Of a DNA stretch of 64,000 nucleotides, positions 47,239 to 57,012 are shown piece after piece; positions within the stretch are counted from its first letter, which is position 1, and the number at the start of each line of letters is the position of its first letter. The notes beneath the pieces were generated by a model that was not told where the DNA came from, made no database searches, and saw only the letters and a list, made by a program, of their open reading frames with translations. The position numbers and the translations under genes are program-made. The stretch comes from Firmicutes bacterium UBA6113 (GTDB lineage: Bacteria > Bacillota > Clostridia > Tissierellales > Sedimentibacteraceae). The stretch is taken from the NCBI GenBank assembly GCA_002422545.1, contig DIWF01000024.1:36072-100071 (forward strand), read 5' to 3'.

Positions 47239-48207
47239 ATGAAATGCTCAAACAATAATAACAATAATCCCGTTGCAGGCATTGGCGGTATTGCAGATAG
47301 ATGCTGTACAGGTCAGTCAGGTTGTGATTGGGATGGTACATTGAGAAATGTGGTAACCGAACCAATATATGTACAAAAAGTTTACGATGCTGTGTTGTTT
47401 AATCTGCAAGGATTAAAAACAGCTCCGGATACAGTTTTCGAACCAAACCTAGGATGCGGAACAAATATAATTAGAATTGCTGACATCAGATGCAGAAAAT
47501 TTTTCAATCCTGACAACATCAATGACGACTGCAATTTGAAAATCAATCCAAACACACAATTGTCAGGCGGACAATTTGTTAAGAAAGAAGACGGCTGCGA
47601 CTTCAAGGTAATAGGACCAGACGGAACATTAAGCGAAAAACTAGTATTCGCAGACACTCAGTTCTGCGACGAAGAAGAACTGGGAACTCCGGTATTTGGA
47701 ACTCAGAACATTGAAATAACAGGCTGTGTTGAAGTAGAAATTGATTTAGTGGTTTCACCGTGCAATTCAACCAACGAAAGCATAATAACACTTACAGCAC
47801 TTGTTGAAATAGCACCAAAATGTAATCCTTTAATATTGACAAATTTCTTTGAAATTTGTGTTCCTTCAGTGCAAGACACAGCATTCTTGCCAAGATTTAC
47901 TGAATTCTGCAACCTGTCATGCATAGTAAGGCTTGCAACAAACAGCATTCCAAGAGACTTTACTTTAGACCCAAGAACTGGCGAATTGTCAATCAACCTG
48001 ATTATTTCTCTTTGCGTTTCCTGCGAAAAGAAAATAGTTGTTCCTGTTCAGCTTTGTGTACTTTCAACAGGATTCGTACAATTATCACCAGAACAGGCTG
48101 CTCTTTGCCCGACATTCCCGAGATTGTTCCCACGACAAATCGATGAAAACTCTGTAGGCGGAGCCGGCGGTGGTTGCAGACCAAGATCAACTTCACTTGA
48201 CGACTAA
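47239..48207 (+). CDS. Cys-rich probable spore coat/exosporium protein (CsxA/CdeC-like)
   Basis: About 20 Cys, no signal peptide, an IYVQKVYD motif near the N-terminus and LCVSCEKKIVVPVQLCVL near the C-terminus. Monocistronic, with a GAGGAGG RBS and terminator. Confidence 0.55.
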   Translation: MKCSNNNNNNPVAGIGGIADRCCTGQSGCDWDGTLRNVVTEPIYVQKVYDAVLFNLQGLKTAPDTVFEPNLGCGTNIIRIADIRCRKFFNPDNINDDCNLKINPNTQLSGGQFVKKEDGCDFKVIGPDGTLSEKLVFADTQFCDEEELGTPVFGTQNIEITGCVEVEIDLVVSPCNSTNESIITLTALVEIAPKCNPLILTNFFEICVPSVQDTAFLPRFTEFCNLSCIVRLATNSIPRDFTLDPRTGELSINLIISLCVSCEKKIVVPVQLCVLSTGFVQLSPEQAALCPTFPRLFPRQIDENSVGGAGGGCRPRSTSLDD

Positions 48208-48217
48208 TAAAAAAATC

Positions 48218-48243
48218 AAAAACCTGCCTCGGCAGGTTTTTTT
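48218..48243. terminator. Bidirectional terminator
   Basis: AAAAACCTGCC-TC-GGCAGGTTTTT. Confidence 0.85.
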
Positions 48244-49315
48244 ATTTCCTCATTTTTTCTTTTTCTATGTCGCACATTCCTTTTTCTATAAGTCTCATGT
48301 CAACTGCTTCCTCTATGATGGTCTTAATTAACACCACAACCGGAACTCCCATTATCATTCCAGGAATACCAAACAAGTTTCCTCCTACCGTAACAGATGT
48401 GATTATCCAGAATGGACTTACGCCAACGTTGTTTCCCACAATCTTAGGGTCAAGAATGTTTGCGTCAAGCTGCTGAATCACTATGATTATAATGAGAGCA
48501 TATACAGCCTTAGGCGGATCCACGAAAAATGAAACAATAACCACAGGAATCGATCCTATTATAGGACCAAAGTAAGGAATGATGTTGAACACTCCTATAA
48601 TTGTTCCCATGAGCGGCGCATATGGCACCTTGAATATGTAGAACGCTATTACGCATATAACTCCCACAATTGCTGAATCAAGCAATTTTCCGTTTAAAAA
48701 GCTTTTAAAAATTTTATTTCCGCGGCTGAATGCTTCAAGAGTTTTTCTTGCTTTATTTTCGTTAAAATAAGCATATATGAATCTTCTTCCCCTGGCCAGA
48801 ATGTCTTCTTTTTCAGAAAGCATGTAAATATTTATGATAAAGCTTGTTATAACAGTAAAAGTGCTTGAACCTATGTTGGTTACAAGCCTCATAAGCATGT
48901 TTGACACTCTGAGGAGCAAATCATTTATGAGCCCCTTCACAGATTCGCTTGCTTCAAGGATATAATCCGTAACGTATAAAACATATGGGTGGTCAATTCT
49001 ATTCTTAAGGTCCGTAACTATCTTAACAACGTCCACATTTCCATCCATGATAAAATTTACTATGTTATTAATATTTTCAACAATCTGAGGCACAACCTTG
49101 TATATAAGTGTACTTATGAGACCTATTAGAATTATGCAGGCAAGGAAAATCCCCTGTGCCCTTCTTACCTTGAGCTTCTTCATGAAAAACTCAACAACCG
49201 AGTCAAGAAGATACGCAATTATAAGCGCATAAATAACAGGCTTGAATGAATCTATAATCCAGCTGAAAGCGCCTGGATTAAAAACAATCAGCAAAATTAT
49301 CAAAGCCATGAACAT
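48242..49315 (-). CDS. AI-2E family transporter (the true start may lie upstream at 49357)
   Basis: IAYLLD, GKLLDSAIVG, IPYFGPIIG, QQLDANILDPKIVG and FGIPGMIMGVP. Confidence 0.9.
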   Translation of the reverse strand: MFMALIILLIVFNPGAFSWIIDSFKPVIYALIIAYLLDSVVEFFMKKLKVRRAQGIFLACIILIGLISTLIYKVVPQIVENINNIVNFIMDGNVDVVKIVTDLKNRIDHPYVLYVTDYILEASESVKGLINDLLLRVSNMLMRLVTNIGSSTFTVITSFIINIYMLSEKEDILARGRRFIYAYFNENKARKTLEAFSRGNKIFKSFLNGKLLDSAIVGVICVIAFYIFKVPYAPLMGTIIGVFNIIPYFGPIIGSIPVVIVSFFVDPPKAVYALIIIIVIQQLDANILDPKIVGNNVGVSPFWIITSVTVGGNLFGIPGMIMGVPVVVLIKTIIEEAVDMRLIEKGMCDIEKEKMRK

Positions 49316-49373
49316 TATGGGTAGTGATAATCTTACTATGCTTTTATATTTTTCGATGGTATTATCTCCTTTG

Positions 49374-51140
49374 CTACATTATTTTGGCCTGGCCTCTGTA
49401 AACAACGCCCTGTCTTCCGTTGACAGTAAGAAGTTCTCCATCCTTTATGACTTTTGTGCAGTCTTCTGCTCCGACTATTACTTCAATTCCAAGATTCAGT
49501 CCTGCAATGAATGCATGAGATGTGAGGCCGCCTTCTTCAACTATTATTGCCGAAGCTCTAGACATATATTCAATTACATCCTTGTCAGTTGCGGTCATGA
49601 CTATAATATCACCGTCTTCAAACTTGTCTTTCAGTTCTTCAGCGTTCATAGCAACTCTTGCCTTTGCAATGACAGTTTCTTTTCCAACTCCCACTCTCTT
49701 GTAAAGAATTTCACTTACTATATGAACCTTTAAAAGGTTTGTGCTGCCTGAAACTCCAACGGGAACGCCTGCTGTTATTATTGTCAGGTCTCCGTTTTCG
49801 ATGTAGCCCATTTCCAGTGCTCTTTCCACAGACTTTTCAACTATTTCATCAGTAGAATTAAGCTTTTCAATTTGAATAGGGTATACTCCCCAGTAAAGTG
49901 ACATCCTTCTCATTACCTGCTCTGACTGAGTGGCTGCTATAATTGGAGCCTTTGGTCTGTACCTGGATACTGCTGCTGCTGTGTAGCCTGATGATGTTGC
50001 TGAAATTATTGCAGAAGCCTTTAGGTCAAGGCAAGTCTTGCATGTTGCGTAGCTTATGGAATCAGTTATGCTGTTTTGAAATGCTATGTTTTTGTTTTTC
50101 AATATTTCATCATAATCCAACGAGTTTTCTATCATTGTTGCTATTCTTGACATGGTCTTGACTGCTTCTGTTGGATAACTTCCTGATGCTGTTTCTCCCG
50201 AAAGCATTATGGCGTCTGAACCTTCAAATATGGCTGTTGCAACGTCTGAAACCTCAGCCCTTGTAGGACGAGGGTTTCGCATCATTGAATCCAGCATCTG
50301 TGTTGCTGTGATAACCGGTTTACCTGCATCGTTGCACTTCTTGATGAGAGTTTTCTGAACCAGAGGAACTTCCTCAGCAGGTATTTCAACTCCCAAGTCT
50401 CCCCTTGCAACCATAATTCCGTCTGAAACTTCTATAATTTCATCAATGTTTTCCACACCCTGCCTGTTTTCAATTTTGGAGATTATCATTATGTTGTCTG
50501 CAAGACTGTCTTCCAGAATCCTTCTTATGGCAATTACATCTTCTGCTTTTCTTATAAATGATGCTGCTATGTAATCAATGCCATTTTCGATTCCAAACTG
50601 GATGTCGTCTATGTCTCTTTCAGTAAGAGCAGGCAAATTTATTTGAACGTTTGGGACATTTATTCCTTTTTTGTTTTTTACGGTTCCTCCGTTTTTTACA
50701 ATGCATCTTAAATCAGTGCTGTTTAATGATTCAACGACTTCAAGACATATGAGACCGTCATCTATGAGCACTGTGTCGCCAGGTTTTACATCCAAAGCAA
50801 ACTTATCGTATGTAACGCTTGCAATATTTTTGTTTCCCAGTATATCCCTTGTGGTCAAGATGAATTCCTGATCCTTTGCCAGTTCAGCAACACCGTTTTC
50901 AAAATCTCTTGTTCTTATTTCAGGGCCCTTTGTATCCAGCATTATCGCAGTACAGGTTCCAAGATCTTCACGTACTTTTTTAATCACATCTATTTTTGCC
51001 TTGTGTTCTTCATGGTTTCCGTGAGAAAAATTAAGCCTTGCCACGTTTAATCCGTTTAAAACAAGTTCCTTGAAGGACTTTTCATCCTGAGATGATGGTC
51101 CTATGGTGCACACAATTTTCGTCTTTCTTAATTTCTGCAT
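49374..51140 (-). CDS. pyk: Pyruvate kinase with C-terminal PEP-utiliser swivel domain
   Basis: KTKIVCTIGP, ARLNFSHG, DTKGPEIR, MVARGDLGVE, TQMLDSM, MLSGETA and GGLTSHA. Confidence 0.97.
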   Translation of the reverse strand: MQKLRKTKIVCTIGPSSQDEKSFKELVLNGLNVARLNFSHGNHEEHKAKIDVIKKVREDLGTCTAIMLDTKGPEIRTRDFENGVAELAKDQEFILTTRDILGNKNIASVTYDKFALDVKPGDTVLIDDGLICLEVVESLNSTDLRCIVKNGGTVKNKKGINVPNVQINLPALTERDIDDIQFGIENGIDYIAASFIRKAEDVIAIRRILEDSLADNIMIISKIENRQGVENIDEIIEVSDGIMVARGDLGVEIPAEEVPLVQKTLIKKCNDAGKPVITATQMLDSMMRNPRPTRAEVSDVATAIFEGSDAIMLSGETASGSYPTEAVKTMSRIATMIENSLDYDEILKNKNIAFQNSITDSISYATCKTCLDLKASAIISATSSGYTAAAVSRYRPKAPIIAATQSEQVMRRMSLYWGVYPIQIEKLNSTDEIVEKSVERALEMGYIENGDLTIITAGVPVGVSGSTNLLKVHIVSEILYKRVGVGKETVIAKARVAMNAEELKDKFEDGDIIVMTATDKDVIEYMSRASAIIVEEGGLTSHAFIAGLNLGIEVIVGAEDCTKVIKDGELLTVNGRQGVVYRGQAKIM

Positions 51141-51185
51141 ATTATCACTCCTTTTAACTTCCTATTGTAAAATCACCTTGAACAT

Positions 51186-52145
51186 TTATATGGAAAGTAT
51201 TTTTGTCAGCTCGTATGTCTTTTCATCGAATTTCTTTTCCATTGAAAGAGCTTCTTCAATATCCATGTGGAATATTTCATTTCCTCTTATTCCCAGCACT
51301 CTGTTGGAAACAGAATTTGTCAAGAGCTCTACGGACATGGCACCCATCTGGCTTCCCATGAGCCTGTCAAATGCTGAGGGTGTGCCTCCTCTTTGAGTGT
51401 ATCCGAGAACAGAATATCTTGTGCCGACTCCTGTCTTTTTTTCAATCAATTCACTGATGTCCTTTGCATCTCCTGCACCTTCTGCCAGGATTATTATGCT
51501 GTGCTTCTTTCCTCTTGCCCTGCCCTGCATTATTTTATCGCACACTTCATCAATATTATAATCAACTTCAGGAATTATAACCATTTCTGCTCCGCCGGCC
51601 AAGCCTGCATACAAAGCTATGTCTCCGCAGTTTCTGCCCATAACCTGAATTACATTTGTCCTTCCGTGAGATGATGAAGTGTCCCTGATTTTTTCAACTG
51701 ACTCAAGCACCGTGGTAAGTGCCGTGAAAAATCCGAGGGTATACTGAGTGTATGCCAAATCATTGTCTATTGTACCGGGTATTCCGATTGTGGGCACTCC
51801 TGCCTTTGCAAGCTCCATGGCTCCCATAAACGTACCGTCTCCTCCTATGGTAACAATACCGTCAAGGCCTAAATATTTTACATTCTTCAATGCCTTTTCA
51901 AAGCCTTCCTTTTCCTGGAATTCCTTGCTTCTGGCACTTCCAAGAACGGTTCCACCTCTATGAATAATATCTGCAACTGAAGAAAGGCTCATCTCCACAG
52001 AATCCCCTTCAACCAGGCCTCTGAATCCGTTTTTAATACCCACAACATTTATGTTATTGAAAATTCCGTATCTTACTACTGCCCTGATAGCAGCATTCAT
52101 TCCCGGCGCATCTCCTCCGCTGGTAAGTACTCCGATTTTTTTCAT
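51186..52145 (-). CDS. pfkA: ATP-dependent 6-phosphofructokinase
   Basis: [31 protein letters not shown] and LGYTQRGG. Confidence 0.97.
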   Translation of the reverse strand: MKKIGVLTSGGDAPGMNAAIRAVVRYGIFNNINVVGIKNGFRGLVEGDSVEMSLSSVADIIHRGGTVLGSARSKEFQEKEGFEKALKNVKYLGLDGIVTIGGDGTFMGAMELAKAGVPTIGIPGTIDNDLAYTQYTLGFFTALTTVLESVEKIRDTSSSHGRTNVIQVMGRNCGDIALYAGLAGGAEMVIIPEVDYNIDEVCDKIMQGRARGKKHSIIILAEGAGDAKDISELIEKKTGVGTRYSVLGYTQRGGTPSAFDRLMGSQMGAMSVELLTNSVSNRVLGIRGNEIFHMDIEEALSMEKKFDEKTYELTKILSI

Positions 52146-52242
52146 GAAAGCCTCCTGTTTTTTTAATTAAGAATTAATAGTTAAGAATTAAGAATTATTA
52201 CTTAAATATAATTCAGTTTGATGACAAAGTTATTTCAATTTT

Positions 52243-52296
52243 GTAGGGGAGGACCTCGTGTCCTCCCGCGCGGGCGGGTACAAGACCCGCCCCTAC
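52243..52296. repeat. Back-to-back A/B REP doublet between dnaE and pfkA
   Basis: GTAGGGGAGGACCTCGTGTCCTCCCG-CG-CGGGCGGGTACAAGACCCGCCCCTAC. Confidence 0.92.
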
Positions 52297-52309
52297 AATT
52301 GATAATTTT

Positions 52310-55300
52310 TTATTTTAGAACTATGTTGTTTTCTCCCAGCAATGCTTTTAAATCATTTATTAGTTCCATGTCGCTTGCATCTACCCAGCAATTCTTTGGC
52401 AGAACCATATTTGACTTTTCAAGTTCACTGTAGATTATAACACAATCATTGCCATTGTATTTACTAATATTTGTAAATAATTCATTTTTTATTTTCATGT
52501 AGTGGTTTTTATCTGCAACTTTGATGTATAATTTCTTTTCCTTATGTTTAGCAGTATTTGTGCTGCTTTTTTTAAGCTCCGTAATTTTGTTGCATATCAG
52601 TTTCGGTGCATCATCTTCTGCTGCATTTATTGTTCCTTCAATGAGGACGATGCTGTCTTCGTACAAAACATCCTTACAACCCTCATAAACCTTGGGAAAT
52701 ACAATCCCTTCAAAAGTACCGTACAAATCCTCCAATGTTATAAAAGCCATCATATTGTTGTTCTTTGTTATTTTATTTTGTTTTTTGATAATTATTCCAC
52801 CCATTACGACGCGGCTTCCGTCTCTTAAGTCCCTGTTTTCTTCCTGATCCTTAATCTCCGCTATTTCGCTGGAATTTGTGGTAGCTCTATTATCAAGTTC
52901 ATCCTCATATTCAGAAAGAGGATGACCGCTTAAATAAACTCCAACCATTTCTTTTTCCATGGCCAGAAGCATCTTTTCATTGTATTCCGGAAGATTTGGC
53001 ATTTCATCATTTAATGATATGTCGATTTCTGAGGATGCATTGTCGTCAAACATTGAAAACTGACCTTCGATGTTTCTTTTTTTCTGATTTACAATTGAAT
53101 CAATTGTTTTTTCATAAACAGCCATGAGCTGTGACCTGAAAACTCCAAGAAAATCAAACGCTCCGCACTTTATGAGAGATTCTATCTGCCTTTTGTTGAG
53201 CACATTCTGGTCAACCTTGGTGCAGAAATCAGCAAAGCTTGTAAACTTACCCTTAGTTTCTCTTGCCTTTACAATATCAGCTATTACATTTGTTCCCACG
53301 TTTTTTACTGCAGCCAGGCCGAAACGGATTTTCCCATTTTCAACGGTAAATTTGTCCAGGCTTTCGTTGACATCCGGCGGCAGTATTTCTATTCCTAACC
53401 TCTTGCATTCCCTGATGTACAGTGAAACAGTGCCTGAACTTCCCATTATACTTGAAATCAAAGCTGCCATGAATTCCACTGGATAGTAGTGCTTCAGCCA
53501 TGCTGTTTCATAGGCAAGAGCCGCATATGCAACAGAATGGGCTTTTGGAAAGGCATACTTTGCAAATTCAACCATCAGGTCGTAAATGTCGTTGGCTGAT
53601 TTTTCATCGACACCGTTGTTTACTGCTCCTAATATTGCAGGTTCGTTATTTTCAGCTTTCTTGCCGTATATGAAGTTTTGACGTTCTTCAAGCATGACGC
53701 TCATTTTTTTCTTTCCCATGGCACGGCGCAAAAGGTCCGAACGCCCCATGGTAAATCCGCCGATGTCTCTAACTATCTGCATGACCTGTTCCTGGTAAAC
53801 CATACAGCCATATGTTACGTTAAGTATTGGTTCAAGCTTGGGGTGAAGATATGTTACCATAGCCAGATTAAGCTTGTTTTTTATATATACGGGAATCTGT
53901 CCCATAGGCCCCGGCCTGTACAAGGCGTTGGCAGCTGCTATATTTTCGAATTCTGTAGGCTTAAGTTCGCTTAAAAACGCCCTCATGCCCGAGCTTTCAA
54001 ATTGAAATATCCCCAGGGTGTCAGCGTTTGAAAACAATTTGTAAACATCTTTGTCGTCGTAGCTGCAGTTAGCAAAATCTATCTTGACATGATGATTTGC
54101 TTCAATTAAATCAATGGCATCTCTTATGACAGTAAGTGTCCTCAGTCCCAAAAAATCCATTTTCAAAAGTCCCAGTTCCTCAAGCTCTATCATGTTAAAC
54201 TGAGTTGTTATTATATCCTTGTTTCTTGAAAGAGGAACATATTCTGTAACATCTTCCCTTGATATGAGAACTCCTGCTGCATGGGTTGAAGCATGCCTTG
54301 GTAATCCTTCCACCTTTAGGGCAACATTCAGGAGCTTATTAACCTTGGCATCGCCATCGTACAGGTCCTTTAGCTCCTTGTTTACCTCCAGAGCCTTAGA
54401 AATGGTCATTCCAAGGTCCATTGGTATCTTCTTTGCTATGAAATCAACCTCTCCGTATGATAGATTTAAAGCTCTTCCAACGTCTCTGATGGCTCCTCTT
54501 GCAGCCATTGTTCCAAATGTAATTATCTGGGCCACCCTGCTGCTGCCGTATTTATTCTTCACATATTCTATAACTTCTTCTCGTCTTTCATAGCAGAAGT
54601 CAACGTCAATATCCGGCATGCTTATTCTGTCAGGATTTAAGAACCTCTCAAAAATTAGGTTGTATTTAAGAGGGTCGATATTTGTTATTTTCATGGAATA
54701 GGCAACCAAGCTTCCTGCTGCAGAGCCTCTTCCAGGTCCCACCATTATTTTGTTGTCCTTGGCATATTTTATGAAATCCCACACTATGAGGAAGTAATCA
54801 ACATATCCCATTTGCTCTATTATTCCAATTTCATAATCAAGCCGCTTCTGAATGTCATCTGTAACATTCTTGTATCTTTCTCTTAAGCCTTTCTGGCATA
54901 TTTCTCTGAAATATTCTGACTTCTCATAACCTGCGGGTATCTTGAACTCCGGCAGATGTACCGTATCAAAATCAAGTTCCACATTGCATCTTTCTGCTAT
55001 GTCATGAGTGTTTTTTAAAACATCATCCGGAAAAATCCGTGCCATTTCATCATATGATTTAAGATAAAATTCATCTGACGGAAATTTCATGCGGTCTTCA
55101 TCCATAACTGATTTCTGCATTTGAATGCAGAGAAGCACATCATGAAAGTATGCATCTTCCTTGTTTATGTAATGCACGTCATTTGTGGCAACAAGTTTTA
55201 TTCCTGTTTCATTGGCTAACTGAACAAGATTCTTGTTTACATCCTGCTGTTCATGCATGCCGTGGTCCTGCATTTCAAGATAAAAATTATTTTCTCCGAA

Positions 55301-55801
55301 TATATCTTTATACTTCAAGGCTGCCTTCACAGCCTCATCGTAATTATTTTCAAGCAATCTTGTCTGAACTTCTCCCGCCAGGCACGCACTCAGGGCGATT
55401 ATACCCTGGCTGTGACGCCTTAAAGTTTCATGGTCGATTCTAGGCTTGTAATAGTATCCACCTACAAAGCCTTCAGAACAAAGCTTGATGATGTTCTTCC
55501 ATCCAGTATAATTTTCTGCAAGCAAAACAAGATGGTACTGATTTTTATCCTTTTGCGGATCCTTGTCAGTCATCTTTCTTGGCGACACATATGATTCAAA
55601 ACCAAGTATGGGCTTTATGCCTGCTTTTTTTGCCTGTTTGAAAAACTCAACAACACCGTACATGGAGCCGTGGTCTGTTATGGCCAGGGAATCCATGCCA
55701 AGCTCCGCTGCCCTCTTCACAAGTTCTTCAATTCTGCATGCACCGTCCAACAGGCTGAATTCCGTATGGACGTGCAAATGTGTAAATTTGTTTTCTGACA
55801 T
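52310..55801 (-). CDS. dnaE: DNA polymerase III alpha subunit (DnaE)
   Basis: PHP domain HLHVHTEFSLLDG, GPGRGSAAGS, ERFLNPDRISMPDIDVDF, KMDFLGL and IRFGLAAVK. An AAGGAG RBS favours the ATG at 55801; dnaE-pfkA-pyk synteny. Confidence 0.97.
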   Translation of the reverse strand: MSENKFTHLHVHTEFSLLDGACRIEELVKRAAELGMDSLAITDHGSMYGVVEFFKQAKKAGIKPILGFESYVSPRKMTDKDPQKDKNQYHLVLLAENYTGWKNIIKLCSEGFVGGYYYKPRIDHETLRRHSQGIIALSACLAGEVQTRLLENNYDEAVKAALKYKDIFGENNFYLEMQDHGMHEQQDVNKNLVQLANETGIKLVATNDVHYINKEDAYFHDVLLCIQMQKSVMDEDRMKFPSDEFYLKSYDEMARIFPDDVLKNTHDIAERCNVELDFDTVHLPEFKIPAGYEKSEYFREICQKGLRERYKNVTDDIQKRLDYEIGIIEQMGYVDYFLIVWDFIKYAKDNKIMVGPGRGSAAGSLVAYSMKITNIDPLKYNLIFERFLNPDRISMPDIDVDFCYERREEVIEYVKNKYGSSRVAQIITFGTMAARGAIRDVGRALNLSYGEVDFIAKKIPMDLGMTISKALEVNKELKDLYDGDAKVNKLLNVALKVEGLPRHASTHAAGVLISREDVTEYVPLSRNKDIITTQFNMIELEELGLLKMDFLGLRTLTVIRDAIDLIEANHHVKIDFANCSYDDKDVYKLFSNADTLGIFQFESSGMRAFLSELKPTEFENIAAANALYRPGPMGQIPVYIKNKLNLAMVTYLHPKLEPILNVTYGCMVYQEQVMQIVRDIGGFTMGRSDLLRRAMGKKKMSVMLEERQNFIYGKKAENNEPAILGAVNNGVDEKSANDIYDLMVEFAKYAFPKAHSVAYAALAYETAWLKHYYPVEFMAALISSIMGSSGTVSLYIRECKRLGIEILPPDVNESLDKFTVENGKIRFGLAAVKNVGTNVIADIVKARETKGKFTSFADFCTKVDQNVLNKRQIESLIKCGAFDFLGVFRSQLMAVYEKTIDSIVNQKKRNIEGQFSMFDDNASSEIDISLNDEMPNLPEYNEKMLLAMEKEMVGVYLSGHPLSEYEDELDNRATTNSSEIAEIKDQEENRDLRDGSRVVMGGIIIKKQNKITKNNNMMAFITLEDLYGTFEGIVFPKVYEGCKDVLYEDSIVLIEGTINAAEDDAPKLICNKITELKKSSTNTAKHKEKKLYIKVADKNHYMKIKNELFTNISKYNGNDCVIIYSELEKSNMVLPKNCWVDASDMELINDLKALLGENNIVLK

Positions 55802-55847
55802 ATTATCTCTCCTTCGCATTGCTTTATATAGAAAGACAATGACAGTT

Positions 55848-56417
55848 TTATATACCGTAAATAAATATACCCACTATACCGGCTGCAATCATTACCTTTA
55901 TGGGATCCATCTTGTACTTTCGAAGCACCACAACCCCTGCTGCAACCATGGCAATTGAAATAAAATTAATATCGCTTATTTTCATTGTTGTCAAAGTAAC
56001 TCCTTCGGTTTTAAATACTGCAAGAAGAAGTATCGACAAACCTGCTGAAGCAATCAAGGATACCACCGCAGGTCTTAATCCCTTTAAAATACCTTGAATG
56101 GTAGATAAGTTTTTATATTTAAAATAAAAATAAGCCAGTGTAATTACTATTATGCAGGACGGTGTAACACATCCCACAGTGGCAATGACAGCTCCTGACA
56201 ATCCTGCAACCTTTGTACCAACAAATGTTGATGCATTCAGGGCTATGGGTCCCGGAGTCATCTGGGAAATTGTAAGAAGATCTGCAAATTCTCCAAGGGA
56301 AAGCCATTTGTGAATTTCAAGCACCTGATGTTCAATAAGAGGCAGCGCTGCATATCCTCCGCCGATGCTGAACAATCCTATTTGAAAAAAGCTCCAGAAT
56401 ATTTGTAAATATATCAT
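55848..56417 (-). CDS. Chromate transporter (short-chain CHR half)
   Basis: IGLFSIGGG, SQMTPGPIA and GLRPAVVSLI. Confidence 0.9.
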   Translation of the reverse strand: MIYLQIFWSFFQIGLFSIGGGYAALPLIEHQVLEIHKWLSLGEFADLLTISQMTPGPIALNASTFVGTKVAGLSGAVIATVGCVTPSCIIVITLAYFYFKYKNLSTIQGILKGLRPAVVSLIASAGLSILLLAVFKTEGVTLTTMKISDINFISIAMVAAGVVVLRKYKMDPIKVMIAAGIVGIFIYGI

Positions 56418-56983
56418 TGCTGATCACCGCCCTTCTTAAGCATCTGATAATAAAATGCACCGAACGCTCCGCTTAAAATTATTATGAGTGCAGCATTTAT
56501 GTCAAACACAACAGCAGCGATAAATGTTACTGCCATAATCATGATTGACACTTTATTTTTGCTCTTTACAATATCTTTTGCCATTTTTATTATCACGTCT
56601 ATAATTACGGCTGCAACACCTGCTCTCATGCCCAAAAGCAATGCATTAACTATTTTGTTTTCTTTGAAAGCCGTGTAAAACTGAGCCACAATCGTTATTA
56701 TTATCAAAGGGGGCAGCACTGTTCCAAGTATTGATACAAATGATCCAATAACCCCTGCAAGCCTGTAGCCAACCATTATTGATGTATTGACTGCAATAGG
56801 TCCTGGAGCCGACTGAGAAATTGCAACCAGGTTTAGCATTTCCTCCTCTTCAATCCAATTCAGCTCTTCAACAAACTTCTTTCTCATCAACGGCACAATG
56901 ACGTAACCTCCGCCTATTGTGAAAGCGCTTAATGAAAAAGTTGAAGAAAACAGCTTCCAATAAAATTTCATGTCTTTTTTCAT
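56414..56983 (-). CDS. Chromate transporter (short-chain CHR half)
   Basis: AFTIGGG, SQSAPGPIA and GMRAGV; ATGA overlap with its partner. Confidence 0.9.
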   Translation of the reverse strand: MKKDMKFYWKLFSSTFSLSAFTIGGGYVIVPLMRKKFVEELNWIEEEEMLNLVAISQSAPGPIAVNTSIMVGYRLAGVIGSFVSILGTVLPPLIIITIVAQFYTAFKENKIVNALLLGMRAGVAAVIIDVIIKMAKDIVKSKNKVSIMIMAVTFIAAVVFDINAALIIILSGAFGAFYYQMLKKGGDQQ

Positions 56984-57012
56984 ATCTGTCCCAATCCCTT
57001 AACTATTTTATT

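Noticed and set aside
52163..52200. AAGAATT heptamer repeats near the pfkA promoter; TTAATAGTTAAGA also precedes the REP at 46433
   Set aside because: Low-complexity AT-rich sequence. The second occurrence is sbcC coding sequence (INS-stop), so the match is probably chance.
52218..52433. Short ORFs made of REP sequence (52218-52433, 21461-21688, 39395-39586)
   Set aside because: Motifs such as RGGPRVLP and QDPPLQ are translations of REP hairpins; they have no RBS and overlap real genes on the opposite strand.
52310..55801. Intein or intron in dnaE
   Set aside because: Length (about 1163 aa) and motif order are those of an uninterrupted DnaE.
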